Of a DNA stretch of 64,000 bases, positions 50,783 through 58,897 are shown one piece after another. The translations under genes and the position numbers were made by a program. This DNA comes from an uncultured delta proteobacterium (lineage in GTDB: Bacteria; Desulfobacterota; Binatia; UBA9968), in the NCBI GenBank assembly GCA_963727625.1, contig CAVSHR010000004.1:320001-384000 (forward strand). The letters are read 5' to 3'. The notes below the pieces were generated by a model. The model saw nothing but the letters and a program-made list of their open reading frames with translations, searched no databases and was not told the origin of the DNA. The number at the start of each line of letters is the position of its first letter. Positions within the stretch are counted from its first letter, which is position 1.

Positions 50783-50916
50783 GGCTAACCATTAAGTATG
50801 CTGACCAGCATTTTACAGTCTCTAAAATTCGAATGACGGCGGAAATTCTCCTACCTTTTAAGATGCTTGTCAAAGCAAACCGGCGGCAGTCGTTGCCGGC
50901 AAAGGCTGACCAGCCT
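50783..50916 (-). promoter_or_regulatory. attI-1 and putative Pc promoter region downstream of intI
   Basis: Core GTTAGCCGCC (50789) complements R'' of cassette 1; no hairpin; palindromes ATGCTGACCAGCAT (50798) and AGGCTGACCAGCCT (50903); TTGACA at 50873-50868. Confidence 0.75.
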
Positions 50917-50923
50917 AAGATCA

Positions 50924-52012
50924 TTATGGCCGACCAAGAGGTTGGATCGCACCGATCCCATCCAGCGGGCTTCGGACTCCCCGCCCGCCACGGTTCAAGA
51001 CGTGGGTATAAATCATCGTCGTACTGACGTCGGCGTGTCCAAGTAACTCTTGCACCGTTCGAATATCATACCCATTTTCAAGTAGATGGGTGGCGAAGGA
51101 ATGGCGCATGCTGTGCGGGGCAGCTGGTTTTGTGATATCAGCCCTGAGCCTGGCCTCTTTGAACGCCTTTTGGAGAACGGACTCGTGGAGATGGTGTCGC
51201 CGTTTTTCTCCTGTGGCCCGATCGATGAAATGGCTAGTCGCAGGAAACACCCATTGCCAACCCCATTCTTTGCCTGCGCTCGGGTATTTTCGCTCCAGCG
51301 CATTTGGCAGACTGACGCGCCCCAGGCCCGCCTTCAGATCCTCTTCGTGCTGCCGCTTCACTGCCTCCAGGTGTTTGAGGAGAGGCTCTTTCACCATGGC
51401 GGGAAGCATAGTGTGTCTGTCTTTATCTCCCTTGCCGGCGCGAACGACTAGCTGGTTCCTGGAAAAGTCGACGTCCTTGACCCTAAGACGGCAACATTCC
51501 ATGAGCCGGAGCCCGGCACCATACAAAAGCATGGCCATCAACCACGGAGTCCCCTCCACACAAGCCAAAAGCCGCTGAACTTCTTCTTTCGTTAAGACGA
51601 CGGGCAGGCGTCTTTGCACTTTGGCGCGAACGACACCCTCAATCAGACCGATTTTTCGCTGCAGCACTGCCTGATATAAAAACAACAGCGCGTTGAAGGC
51701 TTGATTCTGCGTTGATGAGCTAACGTGAGACTCTGTCGCCAGGCTGGAGAGAAAACGGGCAATCTCTGGCTCACCCATTTCCGCCGGATGACGCTTGTTG
51801 TGGAAAAAGATGAACCGCTTGATCCAATGAACATAGCTGTCCTCGGTCTTGGGACTGTAATGCCGCGTGCGGATCGCTTGCCGTACCTGTTCGAGGAGTT
51901 TGGGCTTGTGATCGGCGGGCAGCGGTGAAGCTCCGACTCCAAGGTTTTTACCTCCGTCGATCACGGCAAGCGTGCGGTTCATTGATATGCGCGTATTTAC
52001 TGTTTCCATCAT
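50924..52012 (-). CDS. intI: Integron integrase (tyrosine recombinase)
   Basis: [15 protein letters not shown], IntI-specific insert [45 protein letters not shown]; RBS aaggagg. Confidence 0.97.
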   Translation of the reverse strand: MMETVNTRISMNRTLAVIDGGKNLGVGASPLPADHKPKLLEQVRQAIRTRHYSPKTEDSYVHWIKRFIFFHNKRHPAEMGEPEIARFLSSLATESHVSSSTQNQAFNALLFLYQAVLQRKIGLIEGVVRAKVQRRLPVVLTKEEVQRLLACVEGTPWLMAMLLYGAGLRLMECCRLRVKDVDFSRNQLVVRAGKGDKDRHTMLPAMVKEPLLKHLEAVKRQHEEDLKAGLGRVSLPNALERKYPSAGKEWGWQWVFPATSHFIDRATGEKRRHHLHESVLQKAFKEARLRADITKPAAPHSMRHSFATHLLENGYDIRTVQELLGHADVSTTMIYTHVLNRGGRGVRSPLDGIGAIQPLGRP

Positions 52013-52025
52013 GCGCCCTCCTTGA

Positions 52026-52215
52026 TTATCCCGCATAGCGTAGCGACTGCTTCCTCGAAAACTCCTTCGCCAACCGCTCATCTGGTTTTCCGTCGTACCG
52101 CGCCTGCAAGTCGAGCCAGTAACGCTCGGACATGCCGAAGTAGTGCGCGAGGCGATGGGCGATGTCGCCGTTGATCGGCCGCTGGCCCTGGACGATCTCG
52201 TCGATGCGCGAGTGC
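52026..52215 (-). pseudogene. 5'-truncated HigA-like HTH antitoxin copy abutting intI
   Basis: C-terminal [34 protein letters not shown]...SLRYAG near-identical to 52908-53204; N-terminus unrelated. Confidence 0.75.
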
Positions 52216-52302
52216 ACCCATTGATCTAAATTCACGGATCCCCAACGGTAACGCCAGGGCCACCACCCTAAGTGCGAATGGGCGAATACCAAAGGTTAAC
52301 GA

Positions 52303-52519
52303 TTAGAGAAGCTCGCGGAATTGCTCGACGGTCAGGCCGGCGTCACGAACGATACCGCCCATCGTAAATGCGTTAACAGGATTGTGGCGTGGAATAGTAA
52401 GAATCCGGCCTCCGCTGGACATCACGATATGCTTTCCTTGCCGCACGATCTGGAAGCCGGCCTTTTCAAGAGCACGAACGGCGTCAAGGTGATTGATTGA
52501 TGCCGGGAATCTTCGGCAA
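52303..52519 (-). pseudogene. hicA: HicA toxin, frameshifted by an extra 4-bp unit
   Basis: Removing one TGAT from (TGAT)3 at 52490-52501 gives MPKIPGINHLDAVRALEKAGFQIVRQGKHIVM..TIPRH..GIVRDAGLTVEQFRELL. Confidence 0.8.
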
Positions 52520-52521
52520 GG

Positions 52522-52719
52522 CTACACCGACACTTCGACCTCACGGATATTTTCACCGCGAAGCTGTTCTTCGACCACGGCGAGATACTCGCGAATGGCG
52601 TCTTTAATATTTTCTATCGCTTCTTGCTCGGTGGCCCCTTGTGACCAGCAGCCAGGCAATCCTGGCACCGACACGCTGAAACCCTCTTCCGACTGTTGCA
52701 GTGCTATTTTATATTTCAT
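52522..52719 (-). CDS. hicB: HicB family antitoxin
   Basis: EEGFSVSVPGLPGCWSQGATEQEAIENIKDAI. Confidence 0.9.
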   Translation of the reverse strand: MKYKIALQQSEEGFSVSVPGLPGCWSQGATEQEAIENIKDAIREYLAVVEEQLRGENIREVEVSV

Positions 52720-52907
52720 GCTTTATTCCTCTTAAATCTTTGAGCTTATCCGCAAGACACTCGTCCAAGATGGTGCAATTCTAGTAGCATTCCCGGACCC
52801 TGACAAGCACCATCGCTCGCTGTCGTATTCGCAGCTCAGGAATTCATTCGATCTGCACCCCCACTCGTTGTGCGCACCAGGGCAGGATTCGCCGTACAAA
52901 GATTTTG

Positions 52908-53204
52908 TCATCCTGCGTAACGCAGCGACTGCCTTCCCAAATACTCTTTGGGCAATTCCCCGGCCCGTTCCCCTTCATACTGTGCCTGCAAGTCGAGCCA
53001 GTAACGCTCGGACATGCCGAAGTAGTGCGCGAGGCGATGGGCGATGTCGGGGTTGATTGGGCGCTGGCCCTGGACGATCTCGTAGATGCGCCGCGCCGGC
53101 ACGCCGATATCTCGGGCGAGATGCCAGACACTGATCCCGCGGGGGGCGAGGAAGTCTTCGAGTAAGATTCTGCCAGGGTGTATCATTAAAAGCCTGTTAT
53201 TCAT
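52908..53204 (-). CDS. HigA/VapI-like addiction module antitoxin (orphan)
   Basis: IHPGRILLEDFL.P..LARDIGV..R..EIV.G.R.I..DIA.RL..YFG....WL.LQ. Confidence 0.85.
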   Translation of the reverse strand: MNNRLLMIHPGRILLEDFLAPRGISVWHLARDIGVPARRIYEIVQGQRPINPDIAHRLAHYFGMSERYWLDLQAQYEGERAGELPKEYLGRQSLRYAG

Positions 53205-53233
53205 TGTTGAGTCTCCTTATCTAACTTTCCTAG

Positions 53234-53266
53234 GTTCAAGACGTTCAAACCGTTCAAAAAGTTAAG
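53234..53266 (+). repeat. 9-bp-period GTTCAA array downstream of four-helix-bundle gene
   Basis: GTTCAA at 53234, 53243, 53252; GTTAAG at 53261. Confidence 0.85.
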
Positions 53267-53699
53267 CCGTCTCGGATGGGGTCGAAAAGCTCGGACTTTT
53301 TGGACGCTTTGTCGCAGTATATTTTGATCCTTTCATGCCACTGCCCTTTAAGTAGTCAATTAGATTGCTGATCATAATTGATAAACGCCGCAGTGAATTG
53401 CTGGCATCGCTACAGTCTTTCGCCGCTACATACGATTGATCCAGGGCTACGTAAAGTTGACACCGAGCTTCCCCGCACGATCCTTTAGCGACGTAGAGAA
53501 ACTGAATAAACTCTTGGTTGCCGCCCCGTTCGAATCCTTCGGCAATGTTTGACATGATGGAGACAGCCGCTCGGCGAATCTGATCGCGCAATCCGAAATC
53601 TTTTGAGAATTTCGGATCTCTTGTGAGCTGATAAATTGCCCGTGTTAAGGCCCTAGCATCTTTCCAGATTTCCAAATCTTCAAAGTTTTTCACTTGCAT
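53262..53699 (-). CDS. Four helix bundle protein (23S rRNA IVS-protein family)
   Basis: FEDLEIW..A, F.KDFGLRDQIRRAAVSIMSNIAEGFER, F.QFL..AKGS.GE. Confidence 0.92.
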   Translation of the reverse strand: MQVKNFEDLEIWKDARALTRAIYQLTRDPKFSKDFGLRDQIRRAAVSIMSNIAEGFERGGNQEFIQFLYVAKGSCGEARCQLYVALDQSYVAAKDCSDASNSLRRLSIMISNLIDYLKGSGMKGSKYTATKRPKSPSFSTPSETA

Positions 53700-53711
53700 G
53701 GATGCTCCCTC

Positions 53712-53756
53712 CTAAACAATTTGAACGTTTTGAACGGCTTGAACGATTTGAACGCT
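53712..53756 (-). repeat. 9-bp-period TTGAAC array between imuB and four-helix-bundle gene
   Basis: TTGAAC at 53721, 53730, 53739, 53748. Confidence 0.85.
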
Positions 53757-53758
53757 TT

Positions 53759-55303
53759 TTATTCGACCGTCCCCTGCCAGAACCACCGCCGCCTTACCCG
53801 ATCGTAATACAGCCACAACAAATCCCCGCGGCGGGTTTCGGCGAAGTAATACTCGCGCTGGATTTCCCGGTTCCACCAGCCGCCGGAAAAGACGTAGGGG
53901 CCAGTGAGCTTGTCGATGGTGCCGTGCTTGGGGCCGAGAATCAGCCAGCCGTCTTCGTGCGAGTGGTAGGGCCCGCCGGCGAGGCGAACCGGTTTGGCGG
54001 CGATGCGGCGCACCAACATATTTGGAGCGGAGAGGTTCAAGCCGTTCAAATCGTTCAACTGCTTCGCTCCGTTCAAAACGTTTTTGGGCAATTTAAGCTG
54101 GGTCAAGGGCTCCCAGGTAAAGCGCGCTTCGGGCAGGTGGCCGTCGGTGAGCTTGGCGTACACGACAGATTCTTCGCCGAATTCGGCGCGCAGGCGGGCG
54201 AGCGCGCGGTTGGCGGCGTCGAGGTCGCGCGCCGGCTGCTCGGCGAACAAACGAAGCTGCTCACGGGTCGCGGCGCAGGCTTCGGCGCTGAGCTCGATCT
54301 CGCTGACGCCGGCCGGTAGCTGCAGCGACTCCAGCCGCAACCGGACGAGATCCAATATCTGCGCGGCATCGAGCGTCGGTACCGCCGGACGCAGCGACTC
54401 ACGAAGCCAAGGGCCGTGATGGAGCAGCAAAGCGATCTCGAGCGCGAGCAGCGCCTGATGGCGTTGCGCCAGCGTCGCCAGCAGTGGATGGAGCAGTTGC
54501 TTGATCAAAAACAACAGTCGCGTGCTGTCTTCTTCCGGATCGTCGAGAAGATATTTTTGCCGGGCGGGCTCTTCGGGCGCCTGCGGTACGAGCGGCGTCC
54601 AGAGATCGCCGGCGGCCATGCGGTAAAGCCGGTGCGCCTTTTTGCCGAAGCGCTCGCGCAGCCCGCCCGGCGGCAGCGCCAGCAAGCCGCCGACGGTTTT
54701 GATGCCGAGCTTGAAAAGCATGTCGCGAAAAGCGGGCTCGATATTTAGTCGATTGAGCGGCACTTCGCGCGCGACGTTGCGTTCCTCAGCAAGATCGCGA
54801 AAGATCGTGATTCCCTCTCTCGCTTTGGCGACGGCGTAGCTGCCGAAGCGCGTGAAGCCGACGACAAAATGAGCGGTGAATCCTTGGGCGCATAGATCTT
54901 TCTGCATGGCGCAAGCCCACTGCTTCGGCGAGGCATAGAGCCTCTGCAAACCGGCGCCGTTGAGCCAGAAAACCCCGGGCTCCTCGGCCGACGGCTCAAC
55001 CTCGGGAGTAAAGCGCATGAGGCGGTGGGACAAGTCATCGACGGCTTTTTTATTTTCAGCGGCTGAAATCTCGCCGGCGCGGAGCGTCGAAGCCAGAGAA
55101 AACGCTGCGGCGTAGCGCAGGCCGGGCAGCACACCGTGGCGGCGCGCTTTTTCGTTCACCCAGAGGACCACGCCCTGCGGCTTGTCTTCGGCCACCACCG
55201 CCGCCGGATGGCCGGCCCAGTCGGGATGGCGCCGGAGCAAAAGCTGCAGCGGAAAAGCCGGCAGATCAACACAGGCCAGCCGGTCCGTTGTAAAGCTCTT
55301 CAT
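53759..55303 (-). CDS. imuB: Y-family polymerase-like mutasome protein ImuB
   Basis: ACVDLPAFPLQ, RFTPEVE, LRERFG, C-terminal GGWW...REYYFAE...WLY; overlaps imuA. Confidence 0.92.
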   Translation of the reverse strand: MKSFTTDRLACVDLPAFPLQLLLRRHPDWAGHPAAVVAEDKPQGVVLWVNEKARRHGVLPGLRYAAAFSLASTLRAGEISAAENKKAVDDLSHRLMRFTPEVEPSAEEPGVFWLNGAGLQRLYASPKQWACAMQKDLCAQGFTAHFVVGFTRFGSYAVAKAREGITIFRDLAEERNVAREVPLNRLNIEPAFRDMLFKLGIKTVGGLLALPPGGLRERFGKKAHRLYRMAAGDLWTPLVPQAPEEPARQKYLLDDPEEDSTRLLFLIKQLLHPLLATLAQRHQALLALEIALLLHHGPWLRESLRPAVPTLDAAQILDLVRLRLESLQLPAGVSEIELSAEACAATREQLRLFAEQPARDLDAANRALARLRAEFGEESVVYAKLTDGHLPEARFTWEPLTQLKLPKNVLNGAKQLNDLNGLNLSAPNMLVRRIAAKPVRLAGGPYHSHEDGWLILGPKHGTIDKLTGPYVFSGGWWNREIQREYYFAETRRGDLLWLYYDRVRRRWFWQGTVE

Positions 55304-55862
55304 AGTTCCAAGTGGGACCGCGCCGCTTGTCTTTGAGAACGCTCAGCGCGCAAGCGAAACGGTTGTCCGCCAACCGATGCTTTTCGGCGTGGGCGCGCAG
55401 CGATACCAGCGACCCCAAAGAAAACGCCGTACGGTTTTTTTCGGTGAGACAAATCAGCGCGCTGTGATGACGATGGGCCAGGCCGGTCAGGCGCGTCTGC
55501 AGCGGCATGGGAATATCGGCGGCGCCGAGATCGAGCACGACGACGCCGAATCCGCCCGAGCGCAGAAGTTTTTCGCCGGCGCGGGCGATACTCTCCGCGT
55601 GCACTAAGCGAATGACGACGAGCGTGGCTAAATCGATGCCGCCATGTGCGACGTCCGGCGGATAAAAACAACTCTCCGCCAGCGTCACCCAGCCCACCGG
55701 TTCGCCGCGCTCTTGCGCCTCCCGAATCAAGGTGAAAGCGATGGTCAACGCAGCCGAAGCCGTCGAGCCGGAGATCTCCACCATCCGCCCGGCCACTTCG
55801 TCAAACGTCCACGGCGTCGGTACAACGGCGGGACGAAACTTCAGTGTGGAAGATGAGACCAT
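55266..55862 (-). CDS. imuA: RecA/SulA-like mutasome protein ImuA
   Basis: GRMVEISG, YPPD...GIDL..L, LLRSGGFGVVVLDL, VLKDKR; directly upstream of imuB. Confidence 0.88.
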   Translation of the reverse strand: MVSSSTLKFRPAVVPTPWTFDEVAGRMVEISGSTASAALTIAFTLIREAQERGEPVGWVTLAESCFYPPDVAHGGIDLATLVVIRLVHAESIARAGEKLLRSGGFGVVVLDLGAADIPMPLQTRLTGLAHRHHSALICLTEKNRTAFSLGSLVSLRAHAEKHRLADNRFACALSVLKDKRRGPTWNYEELYNGPAGLC

Positions 55863-55922
55863 GGATAGAAACTCCGGGAAAGTTGTCTGCACTGAGCAGG
55901 ACGTAAAAAATGAGATCAGCAA

Positions 55923-55938
55923 CTGACAACAGCTTCAG
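55923..55938. promoter_or_regulatory. Candidate LexA operator upstream of imuA
   Basis: CTGA-CAACAGCT-TCAG shares CTGA-N8-TCAG with the lexA-promoter palindrome. Confidence 0.4.
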
Positions 55939-55983
55939 GACGGTATGATTGCGGAGCTGCTAAAGGACAGTAACGTCGCGTTT

Positions 55984-56039
55984 GCAGGAATGTAGTTGCA
56001 GGAATGTAGTCGCAGGAATGTAGTCGCAGGAATGTAGAA
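55984..56039 (+). repeat. Tandem repeat, 4 x 14 bp
   Basis: GCAGGAATGTAGTT/GTC/GTC/GAA. Confidence 0.95.
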
Positions 56040-56052
56040 AAGGGAGAGCTTT

Positions 56053-56137
56053 ATTTAACGCTCAAAATGAGCCGTGCGCCACGGCGACATGATCGCGATG
56101 GACGGTCAGGCGCGTCGGCTCCGTTTTGTTGTTAGCC
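56053..56137 (-). other. attC site
   Basis: ATTTAAC..GAGCCG.GCGCC ... GGCGCGTCGGCTC..GTTAGCC; R'' complements cassette start 56757. Confidence 0.8.
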
Positions 56138-56164
56138 CGCGACGCTGGTTCTTCATGCCAATGT

Positions 56165-56713
56165 TCACCGACTCTGAAGGCTCAACCGCGCCACAACGTC
56201 GCTCAGGTAGTCACCGTATCCCCAACCTATGTCCTGCGCACGGTTCCGAACCCGAACGAGACGAGCGGTTGCGCGCGTGCGTTCCTCACTGGAGAGTGCC
56301 CCCAGTGATTTCACGATGGCAGCCACCTTTGTCTCAAGCGCTGAAAAGTACGGATCATCGCCGTACCCAAGGTCGACCGCTTGCTCTGTTCCGGCCTCCA
56401 CAAACGTCAGCATCAGATCAACGCTTCCGGCGACATCACCAGTCGAACGACGATATTCTGTGATCGCCGCACTGGCGTCCCGAAGCCGAATCGGACGCTG
56501 GCTCAGGGGATCCGGAAATACCGCAACCTCGACCAAGTGCCGGTACTTCTCAATCGCCGCGGCCGAAGGAAGAAACCGCGCTTCAAGAAAACGTCGATTT
56601 GCCTCGCTTGCCTCGTGCATGTCGTGAACCAGGCCCACCAGTGCCTTTCGATCAAGGGTATCCAGCCGATTCTTCAGTGCGGCCCAACCAGAACTCTTCA
56701 ACACACGGTTCAC
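56165..56713 (-). CDS. Hypothetical cassette protein
   Basis: 182-aa ORF; DLMLTFVEAG, GWGYGD. Confidence 0.75.
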   Translation of the reverse strand: MNRVLKSSGWAALKNRLDTLDRKALVGLVHDMHEASEANRRFLEARFLPSAAAIEKYRHLVEVAVFPDPLSQRPIRLRDASAAITEYRRSTGDVAGSVDLMLTFVEAGTEQAVDLGYGDDPYFSALETKVAAIVKSLGALSSEERTRATARLVRVRNRAQDIGWGYGDYLSDVVARLSLQSR

Positions 56714-56750
56714 TCTGAGATCCTCGAATTCGAATGAATGATGTTTTGCG

Positions 56751-56807
56751 GGCTAACGCGAAGGCTGAGCGGAGTCTTTAACGCCGATCTCAAGCCGTTA
56801 GTTAGGC
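56751..56807 (-). other. attC site
   Basis: GGCTAAC..GGCTGAG ... CTCAAGCC..GTTAGGC. Confidence 0.85.
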
Positions 56808-56813
56808 GATGAG

Positions 56814-57107
56814 TCAGGCGGCCAATTTCACGGCGACTGAGACACCAGCCTTTGCGCACAGGCCCACGAGGTAGTCCAGAGACAGCTTGTCAACCTTGTT
56901 GCGCGCGATTTCGGAGATGCGGGGCTGGACAATGCCAAGGCGCTTGGCGGCTTCCACCTGGGTAATCCCCTCACGCTCCATCCACTTACGAAGCGCTTCG
57001 GCCAACTCGCAACGCAAAAGCATCACAGCGGCCTCATGCGGTGGGAAGCCGAGATCGAGGAACAGGTTTTTAGAGCCCTTCACTTGCCGTGCTTGCTTCT
57101 TCTTCAT
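56814..57107 (-). CDS. XRE/HTH_37 antitoxin
   Basis: GS.NLF.DLGF, TQ.EAAKRLGI.QPRIS......SLD.L. Confidence 0.88.
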   Translation of the reverse strand: MKKKQARQVKGSKNLFLDLGFPPHEAAVMLLRCELAEALRKWMEREGITQVEAAKRLGIVQPRISEIARNKVDKLSLDYLVGLCAKAGVSVAVKLAA

Positions 57108-57427
57108 GTCTTCTCTCCGATTAACTTGTAACGCTGCGCTGCCAGCCTAATGTCCGCCTGGGCCGTCTTTCGGGTCTTCTTCTGAAAAGCGTGCAAGACA
57201 AAAACCGCTTTCTCGAACTTGGCGACGTACACGACGCGGAACGCCCCGGCGGTATCTCGTATCCGAATTTCGTAGGCTCCGGATCCAACCGTCGGAAGCG
57301 GTTTGAAATCCGCGGGTTCACGCCCGACTTGGACCATGAACAGCTCGTAGCCGGCTTGTCGACGCACCGACTCGGGAAAGGCCGCCAAGTCGCGACGAGC
57401 TGTGCCAAGAAAGCGAACCGGCCTCAT
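57104..57427 (-). CDS. RelE/ParE (Gp49-like, HigB-type) toxin
   Basis: F.G.AR.DL.AFP, EIRI..GAFRVVYVAKF..VLHAFQKKT.KT; promoter TTGCAA-17-TATAAT with operator palindrome ATACGA-N4-TCGTAT. Confidence 0.9.
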   Translation of the reverse strand: MRPVRFLGTARRDLAAFPESVRRQAGYELFMVQVGREPADFKPLPTVGSGAYEIRIRDTAGAFRVVYVAKFEKAVFVLHAFQKKTRKTAQADIRLAAQRYKLIGEKT

Positions 57428-57474
57428 CTCGATGGATTATACGAATAGTCGTATGCACTTGCAAGTGGCCGCAC

Positions 57475-57538
57475 GTCTAACGAGATGCTTCAGGCGCGCG
57501 TTGCTTTGAACGCGTCGCTCTGAAAGCAATGGTTATGC
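57475..57538 (-). other. attC site
   Basis: GTCTAAC..TGCTTCAG ... CTGAAAGCA..GTTATGC. Confidence 0.82.
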
Positions 57539-57829
57539 TGCTGTAAGCCTGACCTTGCCAACTTTCCCGAGCTTTACGCGCTGTTTCGCCTGCCACAAGT
57601 CATAGTTGCATTGCATGGCAAGCCAACTTTCAGGAGAACGTCCCAACGCCTTGGAAAGACGCAGCGCCATCTCAGGACTGACCGCGCTAGTTCCAATAAG
57701 GATGCGATGTAAAGTAGAAGCAGCCACTCCAAGCTTGCTCGCCAGTTCGCGAGCGCTCAGATTGTTGGGCTCCAGATAAACCTCGGCAATGAACTCGCCT
57801 GGATGAGGGGGATTGTGCATAGCCATCAA
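57533..57829 (-). CDS. higA: HigA antitoxin
   Basis: MHNPPHPGEFI..YLEP, SPEMALRLSKALG.SPESWL.MQ. Confidence 0.92.
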   Translation of the reverse strand: MMAMHNPPHPGEFIAEVYLEPNNLSARELASKLGVAASTLHRILIGTSAVSPEMALRLSKALGRSPESWLAMQCNYDLWQAKQRVKLGKVGKVRLTAA

Positions 57830-58104
57830 TGATAATCCTCGTAGTCTAAAATATAAGCGTGTCCGTCTCTGAACTCAAAAGTTAAACGCCAGTTTCCGTT
57901 CACCCACACCGACCAACGGCCACGCTCCGCTCCCTTCAGCGGATGCAGGCGAAACCCAGGAACGTTCATATCTTCAACAGACTGGGCCGTGTCCAGAGCG
58001 ACCAAAAGCATCCGAAGCCGCTTTCCGTGATGGGGTTGAATACCCGCTGCAATTCCGGATTCAAAGAACTTTCTCAGCCCCTTGTGCCGGAATGATTGAA
58101 TCAT
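57826..58104 (-). CDS. higB: HigB (plasmid maintenance killer) toxin
   Basis: MIQSFRHKGL, PGFRLHPLKG, WSV.VNGNWRLTF.F, DYEDYH; upstream palindrome CTTGTTGCG-N5-CGCAACAAG (58118-58140). Confidence 0.93.
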   Translation of the reverse strand: MIQSFRHKGLRKFFESGIAAGIQPHHGKRLRMLLVALDTAQSVEDMNVPGFRLHPLKGAERGRWSVWVNGNWRLTFEFRDGHAYILDYEDYH

Positions 58105-58148
58105 GCGCCAATAATAGCTTGTTGCGCATCACGCAACAAGACCAAGTA

Positions 58149-58277
58149 GTATAACGCGAAGCTGAGCGGGAGGCGAGGAACGGCATAATATATAGACGCA
58201 GCAATTTGAACTTATAAGCTACCAGTCGTTCAAACGTTAAAAGCTTCTCGCCGATCCGTTCAAGCGAATGGTTATGC
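58149..58277 (-). other. attC site (long)
   Basis: GTATAAC..GCTGAGCGG ... CCGTTCAAGC..GTTATGC; R'' complements attI-2 core. Confidence 0.8.
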
Positions 58278-58754
58278 ATTAGCACCACCAGAGCACGCTT
58301 TCTTTACAAACGGTTGAAGTAGCAAAAGCAACAAGAGACCGCTAACTACACCGATAATAAAGGCTGGCCACATGCTTACATAAACTTCAACCGCCCCATC
58401 CGGAAGAGGTGGTATAGGGACGTCTCGGAACTGATAACTTAGAATCGCGAACTTCACGGTCTCGTATAACTCCAGTAGGAACAAGATAGAACAAACTGCC
58501 AGCGCCAATCTTCGTCCCCACGGCCTAAGTTTGAATAATCCGTAAGCAGACACGAAGGCAGCGGCGGGAAGAAAAACACTCCATCCCAAAGACAAAATAA
58601 CAAACCAGATGTAATCCAAATCCACATTAGAGCAATTTACGAGACATCGTAAGGCCAACCAAATTCCACGAGATCCGGCGAGGACCATCCACAAACCGTA
58701 AGCGCCCAAAATAACAGTGATAAACTGAACTACGTAAGATCTATTTTGGAGCAT
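58272..58754 (-). CDS. Hypothetical membrane cassette protein
   Basis: About 4 TM segments; ATG lies in the attI core GTTATGC and TAA in R''. Confidence 0.7.
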   Translation of the reverse strand: MLQNRSYVVQFITVILGAYGLWMVLAGSRGIWLALRCLVNCSNVDLDYIWFVILSLGWSVFLPAAAFVSAYGLFKLRPWGRRLALAVCSILFLLELYETVKFAILSYQFRDVPIPPLPDGAVEVYVSMWPAFIIGVVSGLLLLLLLQPFVKKACSGGANA

Positions 58755-58883
58755 AACTTGTGATTATACTGACCAGTGTAATAACTTTCTTGAAATCACT
58801 CACGACGGCCAATTTCTACAAGCGTTCCAATACCTGTCAACTGTTTTAAAAACGTCGGAAAACTCCATACACTGGTCAGTGTA
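58751..58883 (-). promoter_or_regulatory. attI-2 and putative Pc promoter
   Basis: CTGGTCAG-TATA-N7-GTTATGC, same spacing as attI-1; TTGACA at 58840-58835; second palindrome TACACTGGTCAGTGTA at 58868. Confidence 0.75.
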
Positions 58884-58897
58884 TGAATATTACACTG

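Larger units (their letters stand above)
44115..52012 (-). mobile_element. Complete integron (intI + attI + cassette array), intI co-oriented with and upstream of cassettes
   Basis: intI, attI at about 50789, and nine attC sites between 44115 and 50034, most cassette starts complementary to their own R''. Confidence 0.93.

Noticed and set aside
53262-53699. Four-helix-bundle protein as Avd of a diversity-generating retroelement, given an FGE-sulfatase (C-type lectin fold) gene in the window
   Set aside because: No reverse transcriptase and no TR/VR pair with adenine-specific differences seen
53712-53756. GTTC/GAAC arrays as alphaproteobacterial (GTTC-N7-GTTC) or Gram-positive (GAAC-N4-GTTC) SOS boxes
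   Set aside because: Period is 9 bp (or 7-8), not 11; arrays lie mostly at gene 3' ends and within a CDS; a better operator exists at 61558
55984-56039. Possible CRISPR array
   Set aside because: Four contiguous 14-bp units with no spacers and no cas genes; a simple tandem repeat
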